Source: an uncultured Candidatus Saccharibacteria bacterium (GTDB taxonomy: Bacteria > Patescibacteriota > Doudnabacteria > UBA920). From it: a DNA stretch of 64,000 nucleotides. Below are positions 54,989 through 64,000 of the stretch, in pieces. The notes under the pieces were generated by a model. It saw only the letters and a program-made list of their open reading frames with translations, was not told the DNA's origin and made no database searches. Position 1 is the first letter of the stretch, and each line of letters starts with the position of its first letter. Made by a program: the position numbers and the translations under genes. Where the stretch lies: contig CAYTCJ010000001.1 in NCBI GenBank assembly GCA_964436545.1, positions 78,392 through 142,391 of the forward strand, read 5' to 3'.

Positions 54989-55879
54989 ATGATTAGAATT
55001 TTAATTAAAGTCTTATTGTTGGTAATTGTTTGTTTGCCATTTTCAGCCAAAGCCTTAGATATTCAAGATTTTGCACAAGGCGCCATGAATAACGGTTTAA
55101 CGGCGGAAAGTTATTTGGTAATTGATAGTACGAACGGAAAAGTATTAATGCAAAAAGATATCCAAAAAACTTGGACTCCGGCTTCGCTTACCAAATTAAT
55201 TACGGCTTTGGTGGTATTGGATAAAAATCCAAAATTACAAGGCAATGTCACGATTAAAAAAGCCGATGAAGTAGGTGGGGCTAGAATTGCCACCAAACCC
55301 GGTGTAAGTTATAAAGTAAAGGATTTGTTTTTTGCTATGCTGGTGGCTTCGGCTAATAATGCGACCAATGCTTTAGCCAGAAGTACGGGGCTAAGTTCAG
55401 AGGAGTTTGTTGCTAAAATGAACGAAAAGGCTAAAGTTTTAGGTGCTATTAATACTGTATTTGTGGAGCCCACAGGTATTAGTGAAAAAAACGTCAGCAC
55501 AGTTGAAGATTATGCCAAAATTGCTCAAAAAGCTTTTGCGAGCCAAACTATTTTATTAGCGGGAAAAACCGCGGAATATAATTTTAGGGCCATTAATAAT
55601 AAACGATATTTGCATAAATTAAAAAATACTAATAAACTCTTAAAAGATGGGGAAATGGAAATCATTGCGGGTAAAACCGGTTACCTAGATGAGTCAAAAT
55701 ATAATTTTACCGCTTTAGTAAAGGACCAGTTTAATCAATCGGCCATTATTGTTTTGTTTGGAGCCAAGGATCCAAGCGCACAATTTAGAGAAACCAAACA
55801 ACTTACGTTTTTAAGCGGGTTGGTTAAACAATTAAATTTTTTGGGTGGGGCGGTGTTAGGCGTTGATGATGTTAAGTAA
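54989..55879 (+). CDS. D-Ala-D-Ala carboxypeptidase/endopeptidase (peptidase S11)
   Basis: PASLTK, SAN, KTGY; ATG at 54989. Confidence 0.92.
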   Translation: MIRILIKVLLLVIVCLPFSAKALDIQDFAQGAMNNGLTAESYLVIDSTNGKVLMQKDIQKTWTPASLTKLITALVVLDKNPKLQGNVTIKKADEVGGARIATKPGVSYKVKDLFFAMLVASANNATNALARSTGLSSEEFVAKMNEKAKVLGAINTVFVEPTGISEKNVSTVEDYAKIAQKAFASQTILLAGKTAEYNFRAINNKRYLHKLKNTNKLLKDGEMEIIAGKTGYLDESKYNFTALVKDQFNQSAIIVLFGAKDPSAQFRETKQLTFLSGLVKQLNFLGGAVLGVDDVK

Positions 55880-55901
55880 AAATAACTGTTTTATTTATTT
55901 T

Positions 55902-55979
55902 TGTTATTCCGAATTTATTTCGGAATCTCTTTAAAAAAAATAAGGTAAGCATAGATTCTGAAACAAGTTCAGAATGACA
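55902..55979. repeat. REP-like palindrome (TGTTATTCC..AGAATGACA)
   Basis: Same family ends as 19033 and 45498. Confidence 0.75.
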
Positions 55980-56010
55980 ATTAATAATCAACCAAGATAC
56001 TAAAAAAATT

Positions 56011-56724
56011 ATGGGAAATATATATTCAAATCAAGACGATAGCAAGTTAGGAACTAAGAGAGTTGTAACCATTGGGATTGTAGTTTTATTATTTCTAGGT
56101 TTTGGATATTATTTGTTTACAATTTCCGGCGGAGTACCAACTTCCGGGAGTGTGGATTTTAATTTAAAAGATGTGAAGCCCACCGACAAATTGCGTGAAG
56201 TTCAGGTCGATGACCATATTTTAGGCAATCCACAGGCTAAAAATACCATGGTGGCGTTTGAAGATATTCAGTGTCCGGCTTGTAAAAATTATGAACCAAT
56301 TTTAAAATCTTTTGCAACTGAATTAAAAGAGACTAAGGTGGTGTTTCGGCATTACCCATTACCTATGCATAAAAATGCCGGTTTGGCGGCTTTGGCCTCG
56401 GAAGCGGCCAATTCCCAAGGTAAATTTTGGGAATGGGTAGGCTTGGCTTACGAGAGACAAGAGAAATGGTCGGAGCTTTCCAATCCCACAGAAATATTTG
56501 TGGAAATTGCCAAAGATAGCGGAGTGAAGGATTTGGAAAAATTTAGATTGGATGTAAACAATAAAACTTTTAAAGCCAGAGTGGAAACCGATGTCAGAGA
56601 GGCAGTGGGTTTAAATGTGGGTGGCACCCCGACTTTGTATTTTAATGGCGTTAAACTGGAATTAGCCAGCTTAGAAGGCATAAAACAGCAAGTGGAGAAG
56701 ATTTTAAATAGCAATCAGCAATAA
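56011..56724 (+). CDS. Membrane-anchored DsbA-family thiol oxidoreductase
   Basis: QCPAC, RHYPL, GTPT. Confidence 0.92.
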   Translation: MGNIYSNQDDSKLGTKRVVTIGIVVLLFLGFGYYLFTISGGVPTSGSVDFNLKDVKPTDKLREVQVDDHILGNPQAKNTMVAFEDIQCPACKNYEPILKSFATELKETKVVFRHYPLPMHKNAGLAALASEAANSQGKFWEWVGLAYERQEKWSELSNPTEIFVEIAKDSGVKDLEKFRLDVNNKTFKARVETDVREAVGLNVGGTPTLYFNGVKLELASLEGIKQQVEKILNSNQQ

Positions 56725-56938
56725 GCGAATCAGCAGTCAATAATCAAATCAGTAAGTAAGTTGGTAAGTTGTAAGTGAGTAAGTAGAGAAGTTGGTAAAA
56801 ATAAATTTAGGGCGACGTGGATGTAGAGTCCAAAATGCCTTAGGTCTGCGGTAGGGACGTGCTCAAGTGAGCAGGTATTATTATTGTCAAATAAAGTTTA
56901 AAAAATTAATAAAATTATTTTAGAAAGGAATCAAATAT

Positions 56939-57133
56939 ATGACCCCCCATTTAACCCCGCCTAAAACATTGCAAGGGCCAGATCATCATTATAAAGATGA
57001 TCCAAGAAATCCAGAACGTAGGAGGGTAAGGGGAGGGGTGGAAAAAATGCACGGAGGTGATTTAGATTTAGAGGATAAGCGGTTAGATGATTTAAAAAAA
57101 GAATTAGATGAACACAGAGGGAAACCAAAATAA
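56939..57133 (+). CDS. Small charged orphan ORF, partly repeat-derived
   Basis: SD-like GAAAGGA; 64 aa. Confidence 0.45.
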   Translation: MTPHLTPPKTLQGPDHHYKDDPRNPERRRVRGGVEKMHGGDLDLEDKRLDDLKKELDEHRGKPK

Positions 57134-57146
57134 TAATTTTAAATTT

Positions 57147-57305
57147 ATGTCATCAAAAATATCCAAAGCTGAGTTTTCTAGGACAATTAGAGAAAGAAGA
57201 ACAAGGGAAGGTGACGGAAGACAAAATCTTGATAATGACGATCAGGATGCAGAAGGAAAATATGTTGAAGATGGAGAACAACCAGAAGAAGAAACAGAAG
57301 AATAA
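57147..57305 (+). CDS. Small ORF with acidic tail
   Basis: Basic N-terminal half, D/E-rich C-terminal half. Confidence 0.45.
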   Translation: MSSKISKAEFSRTIRERRTREGDGRQNLDNDDQDAEGKYVEDGEQPEEETEE

Positions 57306-57375
57306 ACTTATCTAAAATTTATTTAACAAAAGTTTATTCTTGAGAGGTTTTGGTCTATGGGTTATAATGGGTGGT

Positions 57376-58698
57376 ATGAAACAGAACTCCCCCAGACCCC
57401 TTCTTTCGAAAAGAGGGAAGAGAGAGCTCCCTAAGGGAGAGAGAAAAAAGGTGCTGATTGCATTAAGCGGTGGAATTGACAGCGCGGTTTCGGCATATCT
57501 ACTTATCAAACAGGGCTTTGAGGTGGAAGGTGCGTTTATGAAGAATTGGACGAGCCAAGAGGGATTACTTAAAAACGAATGTCCGTGGCTTTCGGACAGG
57601 CGAGATGCCTTAAGGGTGGCCGGATTTTTAGGCATTAAACTGCATACGTTGGATTTTGAAAAGCAATACCAAAATACGGTAATGAAGTATTTTTTTTCCG
57701 AATACAAAGCCGGCCGAACCCCCAATCCGGATGTAATGTGCAATAAGGAAATTAAGTTTAAATTGTTATATAATTGGGCTCGCCATCACGGATTTGATTA
57801 TTTAGCTACGGGACATTATGCCCAAGTAGTAAGTAGTAAGTTAGTAAGTAATAAGTATGAAAAACAAAAAACTTACAACTCTACAACTTACAACTTACAA
57901 CTTTTTCGGAGTAAAGATGAATTCAAAGATCAAACTTACTTTATCTATAACATCAAAAGCGAACAATTGCCACATTTATTATTCCCAATTGGGGGGATGA
58001 AAAAAACCGCTGTGCGTGAGTTGGCGCGAAAAATAAAATTGCCCAATGCGGAAAGAAAAGAAAGTATGGGCCTCTGTTTTGTGGGTAAAATTCGGCTGAA
58101 AGATTTTTTACAACAAAAAATAAAAGCGAAGAAAGGGGAGATAGTGTTGGCTTCGGGTTTGTCATCTCGGCCTTTGAGCCGGGATCTAGAATTAAAGAAC
58201 TGGATTCCGGATAGCCTTTCGGGTGCACTCAAGGCTTCTGGAATGACAGAATTGGTTATTGGACAGCATTTTGGGCTTCATAACTACACTATTGGCCAAA
58301 GACAGGGGATACAAGTGGGCGGTAAAGGCGGGCCGTATTATGTTTTAAGTAAAGATTTAAAGCATAACCGACTTTATGTAACCAATGATCCCAATGACAA
58401 AAGGTTGTTAGTCAAAGAAGTGCAAATTCATAGTGTGAATTGGATAACTCCCCCTAACCCCCTCTTTGGAAAAGAGGGGGGAGGGAGAATTTCCCCTCTT
58501 AAAATAAGAGGGGATAAAGGGGTGATATTACTTGGTAGATATCGTCATCAGGGGGAGCTGGTGCCACTTACAGTATCTCAAATAAACCAAGATTTATATA
58601 AAATAATTTTTAAAACTCCACAAAAAGCTGTTGCCAGTGGGCAAAGTTTGGTATTATATAAAGGTAAGGAATGTGTGGGAGGGGGAGTAATTGGGTAA
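57376..58698 (+). CDS. mnmA: tRNA 2-thiouridylase MnmA with four repeat-derived insertions
   Basis: SGGIDS, TPNPDVMCN, ATGHYA, KDQTYF, ESMGLCF, TIGQR, GQS. Confidence 0.95.
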   Translation: MKQNSPRPLLSKRGKRELPKGERKKVLIALSGGIDSAVSAYLLIKQGFEVEGAFMKNWTSQEGLLKNECPWLSDRRDALRVAGFLGIKLHTLDFEKQYQNTVMKYFFSEYKAGRTPNPDVMCNKEIKFKLLYNWARHHGFDYLATGHYAQVVSSKLVSNKYEKQKTYNSTTYNLQLFRSKDEFKDQTYFIYNIKSEQLPHLLFPIGGMKKTAVRELARKIKLPNAERKESMGLCFVGKIRLKDFLQQKIKAKKGEIVLASGLSSRPLSRDLELKNWIPDSLSGALKASGMTELVIGQHFGLHNYTIGQRQGIQVGGKGGPYYVLSKDLKHNRLYVTNDPNDKRLLVKEVQIHSVNWITPPNPLFGKEGGGRISPLKIRGDKGVILLGRYRHQGELVPLTVSQINQDLYKIIFKTPQKAVASGQSLVLYKGKECVGGGVIG

Positions 58699-58740
58699 AT
58701 GAGCAAAAATGACAAGAATAAGTAAGAATGACAAGAGTGA

Positions 58741-59034
58741 AAAATAAGAATTAGCAAAAGAATAAATTCATTAGGCTCGTCAGAGGCAGTTCAACCAGTT
58801 CATCCGGCTGAAGGAGTTAATAATCCTCCTGCTAGAGGAAACGGTAATACTGCAGAAATATCTGAATTAGCAATACTCTTTTCTAGAAAAGCAAAAATAG
58901 AAACACAACTATTAGCTCTTGAAGCATTACACGAAGCTGAGTTTACGGATAATGAGGTTAGAAAATTTATGGATAATTTAAAGCAAGAATTACAGAAAAT
59001 TAATGAACAAATTAAAGTATTAAATAAAGGTTAA
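58741..59034 (+). pseudogene. Open frame (~97 aa, coiled-coil end) with no start; in-frame ATG at 58699 cut off by stops in a tandem repeat
   Basis: Translated by hand; TAA/TGA/TGA within AATGACAAG-type repeats 58699-58740. Confidence 0.4.
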
Positions 59035-59037
59035 AAT

Positions 59038-59682
59038 ATGGCAGAAGATGATTTTTTAAAAAATTTGGAAATGCAAATGGCTGGAGTGACAGGAGGCGAT
59101 GGTTTAACTGATGAAGAAAGAAGAATATATAACACAGTTACGCAAGCTCTACAGTCAGGAACAGGAGATAATTTAACCCGAGAGCAGATTACAACCTTTA
59201 AGAAAGCTCGACAAGTTTTGGAAGAAACACACAGAAAAGCAAATAATCCGGAAAATATTACAGTAAATATTCGCCCCGGAGTGCCTTTAAAAGTAAAGCG
59301 TTCAAATGGACAAATAGACGAAGGTTGGACTTTGGCCTATAATCAGAGGTATTTAAATGAAGGGAGGGTTGTTATTGAAAAAGATAAACAAGATGGAAAA
59401 GGTGGACAGCTTCAAAAAGAAATTCCAATTAAAGATTTAGCAGAGGTGAATGATTTAGCTAGAATAATGAGTGAACCAGAAAATGTAATGGAGTGGGGAG
59501 GGTTTGGGGTATTAGATAGAATAAAAATAAAACAAACCGGTGAGATACGACTTATTCATCAATTTGCAAAAAGAGATGGTGAGGTGAAGGCAAAAGTAGC
59601 AATGAGTGGAGATAGTCATAAAAATTTTAAATTTGAATATTATAGTTTTGAGCAAATAGAAAGAGTACCGCTTAGGTATTAA
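59038..59682 (+). CDS. Hypothetical protein
   Basis: 214-aa ORF; VKRSNGQIDEGW segment; terminator downstream. Confidence 0.7.
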   Translation: MAEDDFLKNLEMQMAGVTGGDGLTDEERRIYNTVTQALQSGTGDNLTREQITTFKKARQVLEETHRKANNPENITVNIRPGVPLKVKRSNGQIDEGWTLAYNQRYLNEGRVVIEKDKQDGKGGQLQKEIPIKDLAEVNDLARIMSEPENVMEWGGFGVLDRIKIKQTGEIRLIHQFAKRDGEVKAKVAMSGDSHKNFKFEYYSFEQIERVPLRY

Positions 59683-59703
59683 AACGAAAAGTTAAATAAA
59701 AAA

Positions 59704-59742
59704 ATAAGGGTTATCATTGTGTGGCACAAAGATAACCCTTAT
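59704..59742. terminator. Bidirectional terminator-like hairpin
   Basis: ATAAGGGTTATC/GATAACCCTTAT between convergent genes. Confidence 0.65.
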
Positions 59743-59781
59743 ATATTTATTTATTCACCAAAAAATGGGAACAAGAGGAAT

Positions 59782-61809
59782 TTATGGTTTAAGGAATTTT
59801 ACCATTAACAGAGCCACAATGTTGATAATTTTTATCATGGGGTTTATAGCTGGACCGGCAGTGTCTTTGTAAGGGTCGCCTACGGTGTCGCCGGTAACTG
59901 CCGATTTATGAGCATCACTGCCTTTACCCCCAAAACTGCCTTCTTCAATATATTTTTTCGCATTATCCCAAGCAGCTCCGCCTGTGGTCATACTAATACC
60001 CACAAACAAACCGGTTACTATGGTACCCACCAAAAGTCCGCCTAAGGCTGCTGCTCCCAAAAGCCAACCCACCAATACCGGTACCACTACCGGAATTAAA
60101 GCCGGCACAATCATTTCTTTTATGGCAGATTTGGTGACAATGTCTACGGCTTTGGAATAGTCGGGTTTTGCGCTACCTTCCATTATGCCTTTAATTTCTC
60201 TAAATTGTCTTCTAACTTCTTCTACTACGGCTTTGGCTGCATTACCCACGGCGCTCATGGCAATAGAAGCAAATAAGTAGGGCAAAAGGCCACCAATTAA
60301 CAAGCCGACTAAAACTTTACTATCCGATAAATCAAATACCGAGGAAATCCCCGCTAAATTTAATTCTTGAGTGTAAGCGGAAAACAAGACCATAGCTGCC
60401 AGGCCAGCCGAAGCAATGGCGTAGCCTTTAGTTACGGCTTTTGTGGTGTTGCCTACGGCGTCCAAAGGATCGGTAACATCTCTCACGCTTTTATCTAACC
60501 CCGCCATTTCCGCAATACCACCGGCGTTATCGGTTATTGGGCCAAAAGCGTCTATGGCTACAATTATTCCGGTAAGGGAGAGCATGGACATAACGGCTAA
60601 AGCTACACCATACAGACCGGCTAAATTGAACGTTATTAAAATTGCCACCACAATTACCAAGACTGGCGCAGCGGTAGATTGCATACCCACAGCTAAGCCT
60701 TTAATAATATTGGTGCCGTGTCCGGTGGTGGAGGCTTCTGCAATGTCTTTAACCGGTGAAAAGCTTTTGGAAGTGTAATATTCGGTAATTAAAACCACTA
60801 AGGCAGTAACTAACAAACCAATTAAGGCGGAGTAGTATAAATTCATTTCCGGATAAACGCCGTTGTTGCCCATTAGTTTTTTAGTGACCGGATAAAAAGC
60901 AATGGCCGAAAGGATGCCGGAGACAACTAAGCCTTTATACAAAGCGCCCATAATATTTTGGCTTTTACCCAAGCGCACAAACCATGTGCCAATTATGGAA
61001 GTAACTATGGATACCGCGCCAATCAATAAAGGAAATAATATGGCGTTTTCCGTGGCAGTAGCATCATTTGTTGAAACTGTTGTAAATGTAAAACTACCTA
61101 GGAGCATTACGGCAATAGTAGAGACCACATAAGTTTCAAACAAGTCTGCTGCCATACCGGCGCAATCACCTACGTTATCGCCCACATTGTCTGCAATCAC
61201 CCCGGGATTTCTTGGATCATCTTCCGGAATATTGCTTTCAATTTTACCTACCATATCTGTTCCCACGTCTGCGCCTTTAGTAAAAATTCCACCGCCTAAG
61301 CGGGCGAAAACCGAAATTAAACTGGAACCAAAAGCTAAGCCGGCTAAAGCGGGTAAATTATGAGTAACTAAATAAAAAGTGGAAACGCTTAATAGTCCAA
61401 AACCCACTACAAACAGGCCGGTTACGCTTCCGCCTTGGAAGGCTAAAGCCAGGGCCGGACCCAAACCTTTTTTGGCAGCTTCGGCAGTTCTAACATTGGC
61501 TCTTACCGAAATATGCATACCCACAAAGCCGGCCACAGCGCTTAAAATTGCGCCTACCAAAAAGGCCACAATGGTTTGGTTATCAAACTTACCCAGTTTT
61601 AGTAAAACAATTACCACCACAGCCACAATGGCTACGGTTTTGTATTGGCGGGCCAAATAGGCTTTGGCACCGGCTTGAATAGCCTGGGCGATTTCTACCA
61701 TTTTGCCTTCACCTTGGGGGCTTTTAAGAATTTTATATATTAAAAACGCTCCATACAGAAGCGCTAAGACCGAAGCGCCAATGACGCCGGCTAAGTAGCT
61801 ATTTTCCAT
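59782..61809 (-). CDS. hppA: Membrane H+-translocating pyrophosphatase, predicted K+-independent
   Basis: [43 protein letters not shown]. Confidence 0.96.
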   Translation of the reverse strand: MENSYLAGVIGASVLALLYGAFLIYKILKSPQGEGKMVEIAQAIQAGAKAYLARQYKTVAIVAVVVIVLLKLGKFDNQTIVAFLVGAILSAVAGFVGMHISVRANVRTAEAAKKGLGPALALAFQGGSVTGLFVVGFGLLSVSTFYLVTHNLPALAGLAFGSSLISVFARLGGGIFTKGADVGTDMVGKIESNIPEDDPRNPGVIADNVGDNVGDCAGMAADLFETYVVSTIAVMLLGSFTFTTVSTNDATATENAILFPLLIGAVSIVTSIIGTWFVRLGKSQNIMGALYKGLVVSGILSAIAFYPVTKKLMGNNGVYPEMNLYYSALIGLLVTALVVLITEYYTSKSFSPVKDIAEASTTGHGTNIIKGLAVGMQSTAAPVLVIVVAILITFNLAGLYGVALAVMSMLSLTGIIVAIDAFGPITDNAGGIAEMAGLDKSVRDVTDPLDAVGNTTKAVTKGYAIASAGLAAMVLFSAYTQELNLAGISSVFDLSDSKVLVGLLIGGLLPYLFASIAMSAVGNAAKAVVEEVRRQFREIKGIMEGSAKPDYSKAVDIVTKSAIKEMIVPALIPVVVPVLVGWLLGAAALGGLLVGTIVTGLFVGISMTTGGAAWDNAKKYIEEGSFGGKGSDAHKSAVTGDTVGDPYKDTAGPAINPMIKIINIVALLMVKFLKP

Positions 61810-61862
61810 TAGTTTATGTATTAATATTTAATGATATTATTATAGTTATTTTTGGAGAAAAA

Positions 61863-62450
61863 TCAAGCTCGGGGATGGGTGTTTCTCTTTATTTGGGAAA
61901 TATCTTCCAAAATTCTTCCATGATAAATAATCAGTCCCATGCTAATGGAAATTTGTGCTTTTTGGAGTAACGCAGACCAAGCTTTTAATAAGTTGACATC
62001 CATTTCATATGGAGGGTGAAAATTTTCCGTAATGGAAGCCAGTCTTTCGGAGTTTTGAAAAAAAAGCTTAGAGGTTACTTGGGTGGTTAGCTGAATTTTG
62101 TCTTCGTAAGTTTTTAATTGCTTAAGGCATTTTGGGTGGTTTAGTGGATTTTTTAGCAATTTTTCTAATTGGTTTATTTGCCCACCTAATTCATCTAAAT
62201 CTGTTTGAAGCAGAATTAAACGTTCTTTAATATCAGCTAAGGTTTTTTGGTTTTCCGGCGATAACGATTTGGGAGGGTCAGGGAGGTTAACTTGCCTCTC
62301 GGCGTTTTTTCTTAATCTTGTGGCTTCCCTTTTTTGCCCAACATAGTTTTTGATTTTTTCGCCAATTGTGTTCCCCGCGGTTATACCAAAAATCGTCAAG
62401 CCTAAGCCGGTTGCTATTTCTCGTCGTGTAAATGGTTCTTGGGGTTTCAT
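61863..62450 (-). CDS. Hypothetical protein with twin-Arg-like N-terminal anchor and coiled coil
   Basis: FTRREI followed by a hydrophobic stretch. Confidence 0.6.
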   Translation of the reverse strand: MKPQEPFTRREIATGLGLTIFGITAGNTIGEKIKNYVGQKREATRLRKNAERQVNLPDPPKSLSPENQKTLADIKERLILLQTDLDELGGQINQLEKLLKNPLNHPKCLKQLKTYEDKIQLTTQVTSKLFFQNSERLASITENFHPPYEMDVNLLKAWSALLQKAQISISMGLIIYHGRILEDISQIKRNTHPRA

Positions 62451-62996
62451 TTAGAAAAATTTTACCGAATTAACCATCGCTTCAAATAAGGGTTTTAAAG
62501 TTAAAGATACCCCTAAGTCAAAAGTAAAATAGTTGGCATTATCTTTTACTCCCAATACCATACCATCTAAGCTTAAGGCTTCTTTGCCAGCGACTTGAGT
62601 TTTTTTTGCGGGGAGGTCGCTGAGTGCGTAGTAGTTATCTTGAGAAATATAAATATGGATATTACTGTATTTGGCACCTGGGTCTATTTCTACCACGTAG
62701 TAGCCGTTTTGATTATTGATTGATTTAATTTTCCATTCGGGTTTATATTTAAATTCAAATTTGTATTCGGTGTTGGTATAAGTTTTCCAATCGGCAGTGT
62801 CTATGGTTATGGTTGGCTCAGATTGGGGTTTTTCTACAGCTTGGGTAATGGGCAGAGCAGGTTTTTTTACAGTTTCAAGAAAAGGAGTAGGCTGGGAATA
62901 ATCTTTATACATAAACCAACTGGCAAACACTCCAAAAACAGCAATGGTAAATAATATAAGAAAACTTCTGGATTCTAAAGAAAGATTTTTTTTCAT
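62451..62996 (-). CDS. Membrane-anchored PsbP-like surface protein
   Basis: TM helix, linker, WKTYTN..F.FKY.PEW motif. Confidence 0.7.
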   Translation of the reverse strand: MKKNLSLESRSFLILFTIAVFGVFASWFMYKDYSQPTPFLETVKKPALPITQAVEKPQSEPTITIDTADWKTYTNTEYKFEFKYKPEWKIKSINNQNGYYVVEIDPGAKYSNIHIYISQDNYYALSDLPAKKTQVAGKEALSLDGMVLGVKDNANYFTFDLGVSLTLKPLFEAMVNSVKFF

Positions 62997-63040
62997 TTTT
63001 GTATTTTTAGATTATTTATGATTTTTGCTCTCCTGTTTTT

Positions 63041-63105
63041 TCCTCCCTTGCTTGTCCACCACAGCTTTAGCGACGGTGGAACGGGAGGAGTTAGGGGAGG
63101 GTGAT
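63041..63105. repeat. DUF559-family hairpin repeat with a nested palindrome (63051-63080)
   Basis: TCCTCCC..GGGAGGAGTTAGGGGAGGGTGAT interrupted by CTTGTCCACCACAGCTTTAGCGACGGTGGA. Confidence 0.7.
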
Positions 63106-63297
63106 AAAAGGTTTATTTATTAAAGAGTTTATCCAGCCCCGCTTGGTTGCCACAATAATATAAATTTTTGGTTAAATTTACACAAAAACCCGGGTTTTTG
63201 GCAATAAAGGAATATTTGGGTAAAAACCAGTATAAGAAAATTAAAACTCCGGCAAGAATAACGTAGAATAAAAATTTAAAATGTTTAAACATTTGTT

Positions 63298-63371
63298 TGG
63301 CTGCCCGGGAAGGATTCGAACCTTCGATGGAGGATTCAGAGTCCTCTGCCTTACCGCTTGGCTACCGGGCA
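63298..63371 (-). tRNA. tRNA-Gln(CTG)
   Basis: Reverse complement folds as a cloverleaf; GAGGA-CTCTGAA-TCCTC; CCA end. Confidence 0.95.
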
Positions 63372-63480
63372 AAGAGGCTATGATAATCTGGATTTTGCCC
63401 AGTATCGTGATTTATTTAATAAACCCTAATTATTATATAGTATTTATACCAAAAAATAAAGTATTTGCTATAATACCAAA

Positions 63481-64000
63481 ATGCACAAGCTGATTAAAAT
63501 CTTAAAATATTTAGGGGTGGGGGTAATGGCTTTACTGCTTGTAGATGCCGGGTTGGTGTTTGGTTTTGCTATAAAATCATCAAATATCCAAAAAGCTGAT
63601 GCCATAATTATAATGGGTGCGGCCATAAATAGTCCGGCTTTGTATAACCGCAGTTTGACGGCCTTAACTTTATACGAACAAAATTTAGCGCCGATTTTGG
63701 TTTTGTCAGGCGGGCGTATTTCGGACAAAGATATTTCCGAGGCCACTTATATGCAAAGAGTGCTTCAGAGTAAGGCGAATAAGCCTTTAAATGTAATTTT
63801 AGATGAGCAGGCGAGTAATACTTTGGAAAATATCAAAAACTCAAAAAATCAGCTACCAGACGCCAAAGCTATTATTGTTATTACAGATAAATTTCATTTG
63901 GCCCGAAGTGTGATTACTGCAAAATTTTTAGGCTATAAAGCAGTGTTTTGGGCTGCGCCGAAAGGGGAATATTATCCAAAAAGTGGGTGGGCTTTTTATT
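63481..64000 (+). CDS. YdcF/DUF218 family protein, 3' truncated by window (not in ORF track)
   Basis: Translated by hand: DAIIIMGA, LSGG, SEA, SNTLEN, FHLARS. Confidence 0.88.
   Translation, partial: MHKLIKILKYLGVGVMALLLVDAGLVFGFAIKSSNIQKADAIIIMGAAINSPALYNRSLTALTLYEQNLAPILVLSGGRISDKDISEATYMQRVLQSKANKPLNVILDEQASNTLENIKNSKNQLPDAKAIIVITDKFHLARSVITAKFLGYKAVFWAAPKGEYYPKSGWAFY

Noticed and set aside
57376-58698. Inteins or introns explaining the extra length of MnmA and DinB
   Set aside because: Inserts are short (roughly 10-30 aa), lack intein terminal motifs and match dispersed DNA repeats.
1-64000. TGA recoding (code 25 as in Gracilibacteria/Absconditabacteria)
   Set aside because: Conserved genes are full length under code 11, and TGA ends genes at the expected places (883, 49018).

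Overview
AT-rich bacterial chromosomal window in genetic code 11. It is most likely Patescibacteria/CPR (Parcubacteria- or Doudnabacteria-like); this is inferred from gene content, the tandem pilin array and the scarcity of Shine-Dalgarno motifs. The backbone is housekeeping: transketolase, gap/pgk/gpmI, recJ, rnhA, mreB, dinB, argF, a two-component module, mraZ-rsmH-ftsL-ftsI, a Pit transporter, a DEAD-box helicase, GSII, archaeal-type PEP carboxylase, hisS, mnmA, H+-PPase and three tRNAs. Five unusual layers sit on top. (1) A dense set of small palindromic and tandem-repeat elements that nest in each other, disrupt a tRNA copy and insert in frame into RecJ, RNase HI, DinB, RsmH, MnmA and a pilin. 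Two candidate mobilising genes, a DUF559 nuclease and a GxxExxY protein, are each bracketed by inverted repeats in a RAYT/REPIN-like layout. (2) A Bsp6I-like (GCNGC) restriction-modification island whose methyltransferase is fused to an intact LexA, with a direct-repeat operator in its promoter. (3) Two T-box riboswitches with ultrashort Stem I and a probable Arg (CGC) specifier, one ahead of argF and one ahead of an orphan gene. (4) A three-copy, covarying, ~170-185 nt three-way-junction element. (5) GC-rich single-gene cassettes with strong SD motifs and their own terminators. All calls come from reading the sequence and recalling family motifs; no searches were run.
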